A stretch of 62,912 nt of DNA, counting the filler, from Octopus bimaculoides (taxonomy: Eukaryota), in NCBI RefSeq assembly GCF_001194135.2. It is 7 parts of 6 records of this genome, joined end to end, with 100 filler letters (N's around TTAATTAATTAA, not from the genome) between each part and the next. Parts side by side here need not be neighbours in the genome. Positions count along the whole stretch, not along the records: positions 61,352 to 62,912 come from NC_068994.1; 6 more parts are not named here. One strand, given 5' to 3'. Position numbers and translations under genes: made by a program. Under the pieces are notes generated by a model. The model worked only from the letters and a program-made list of their open reading frames with translations. It was not told the origin of the DNA and made no database searches. Shown here in pieces: positions 62,838-62,912 of this stretch. Within the stretch, counting starts at the first letter, position 1. Every line of letters starts with the position of its first letter.

Positions 62838-62912
<75 letters not shown>

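Overview
Eukaryotic, AT-rich, microsatellite-saturated draft genomic sequence with many N gaps. The SINE types and repeat landscape suggest an octopus (inference). The only gene I can identify is Brachyury (T/TBXT) on the minus strand. Its first T-box-coding exon (HLLSAV motif, [10 protein letters not shown]...EMIVTKNGR) ends at a GTAAG donor at 36190. I found none of the remaining T-box exons by eye in the ~36 kb downstream, so they lie outside the window or inside gaps. The frame upstream of the first in-frame ATG (36369) stays open for ~260 codons of Thr/His/Gln/Asn-rich sequence with no ATG, and is overlapped by a 78-codon ATG-initiated ORF in another frame. The rest is decayed mobile DNA: about 25 tRNA-derived SINE copies of several modular families, mariner and DD37D (maT) transposase remnants, CR1/L2-like, I/Nimb-like and RLE-type (R4/Dong/NeSL-like) LINE fragments, a Naiad-like Penelope element with hammerhead-like motifs, and MITE-like inverted repeats. 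The best second-look items are the Brachyury 5' architecture, an RLE insertion with a twin-priming-type 5' inversion and 14-bp TSD in a (CATA)n tract, a core-intact hammerhead motif upstream of the Penelope ORF, a (TTAGGG)5 tract inside a SINE head, and SINE/LINE tails sharing a compensated hairpin. All alignments and family calls were made by eye or from memory, with no database search. Most repeat boundaries are approximate (about +/-10-20 bp). Nearly all long ORFs in the supplied track are N-gap or microsatellite artefacts.
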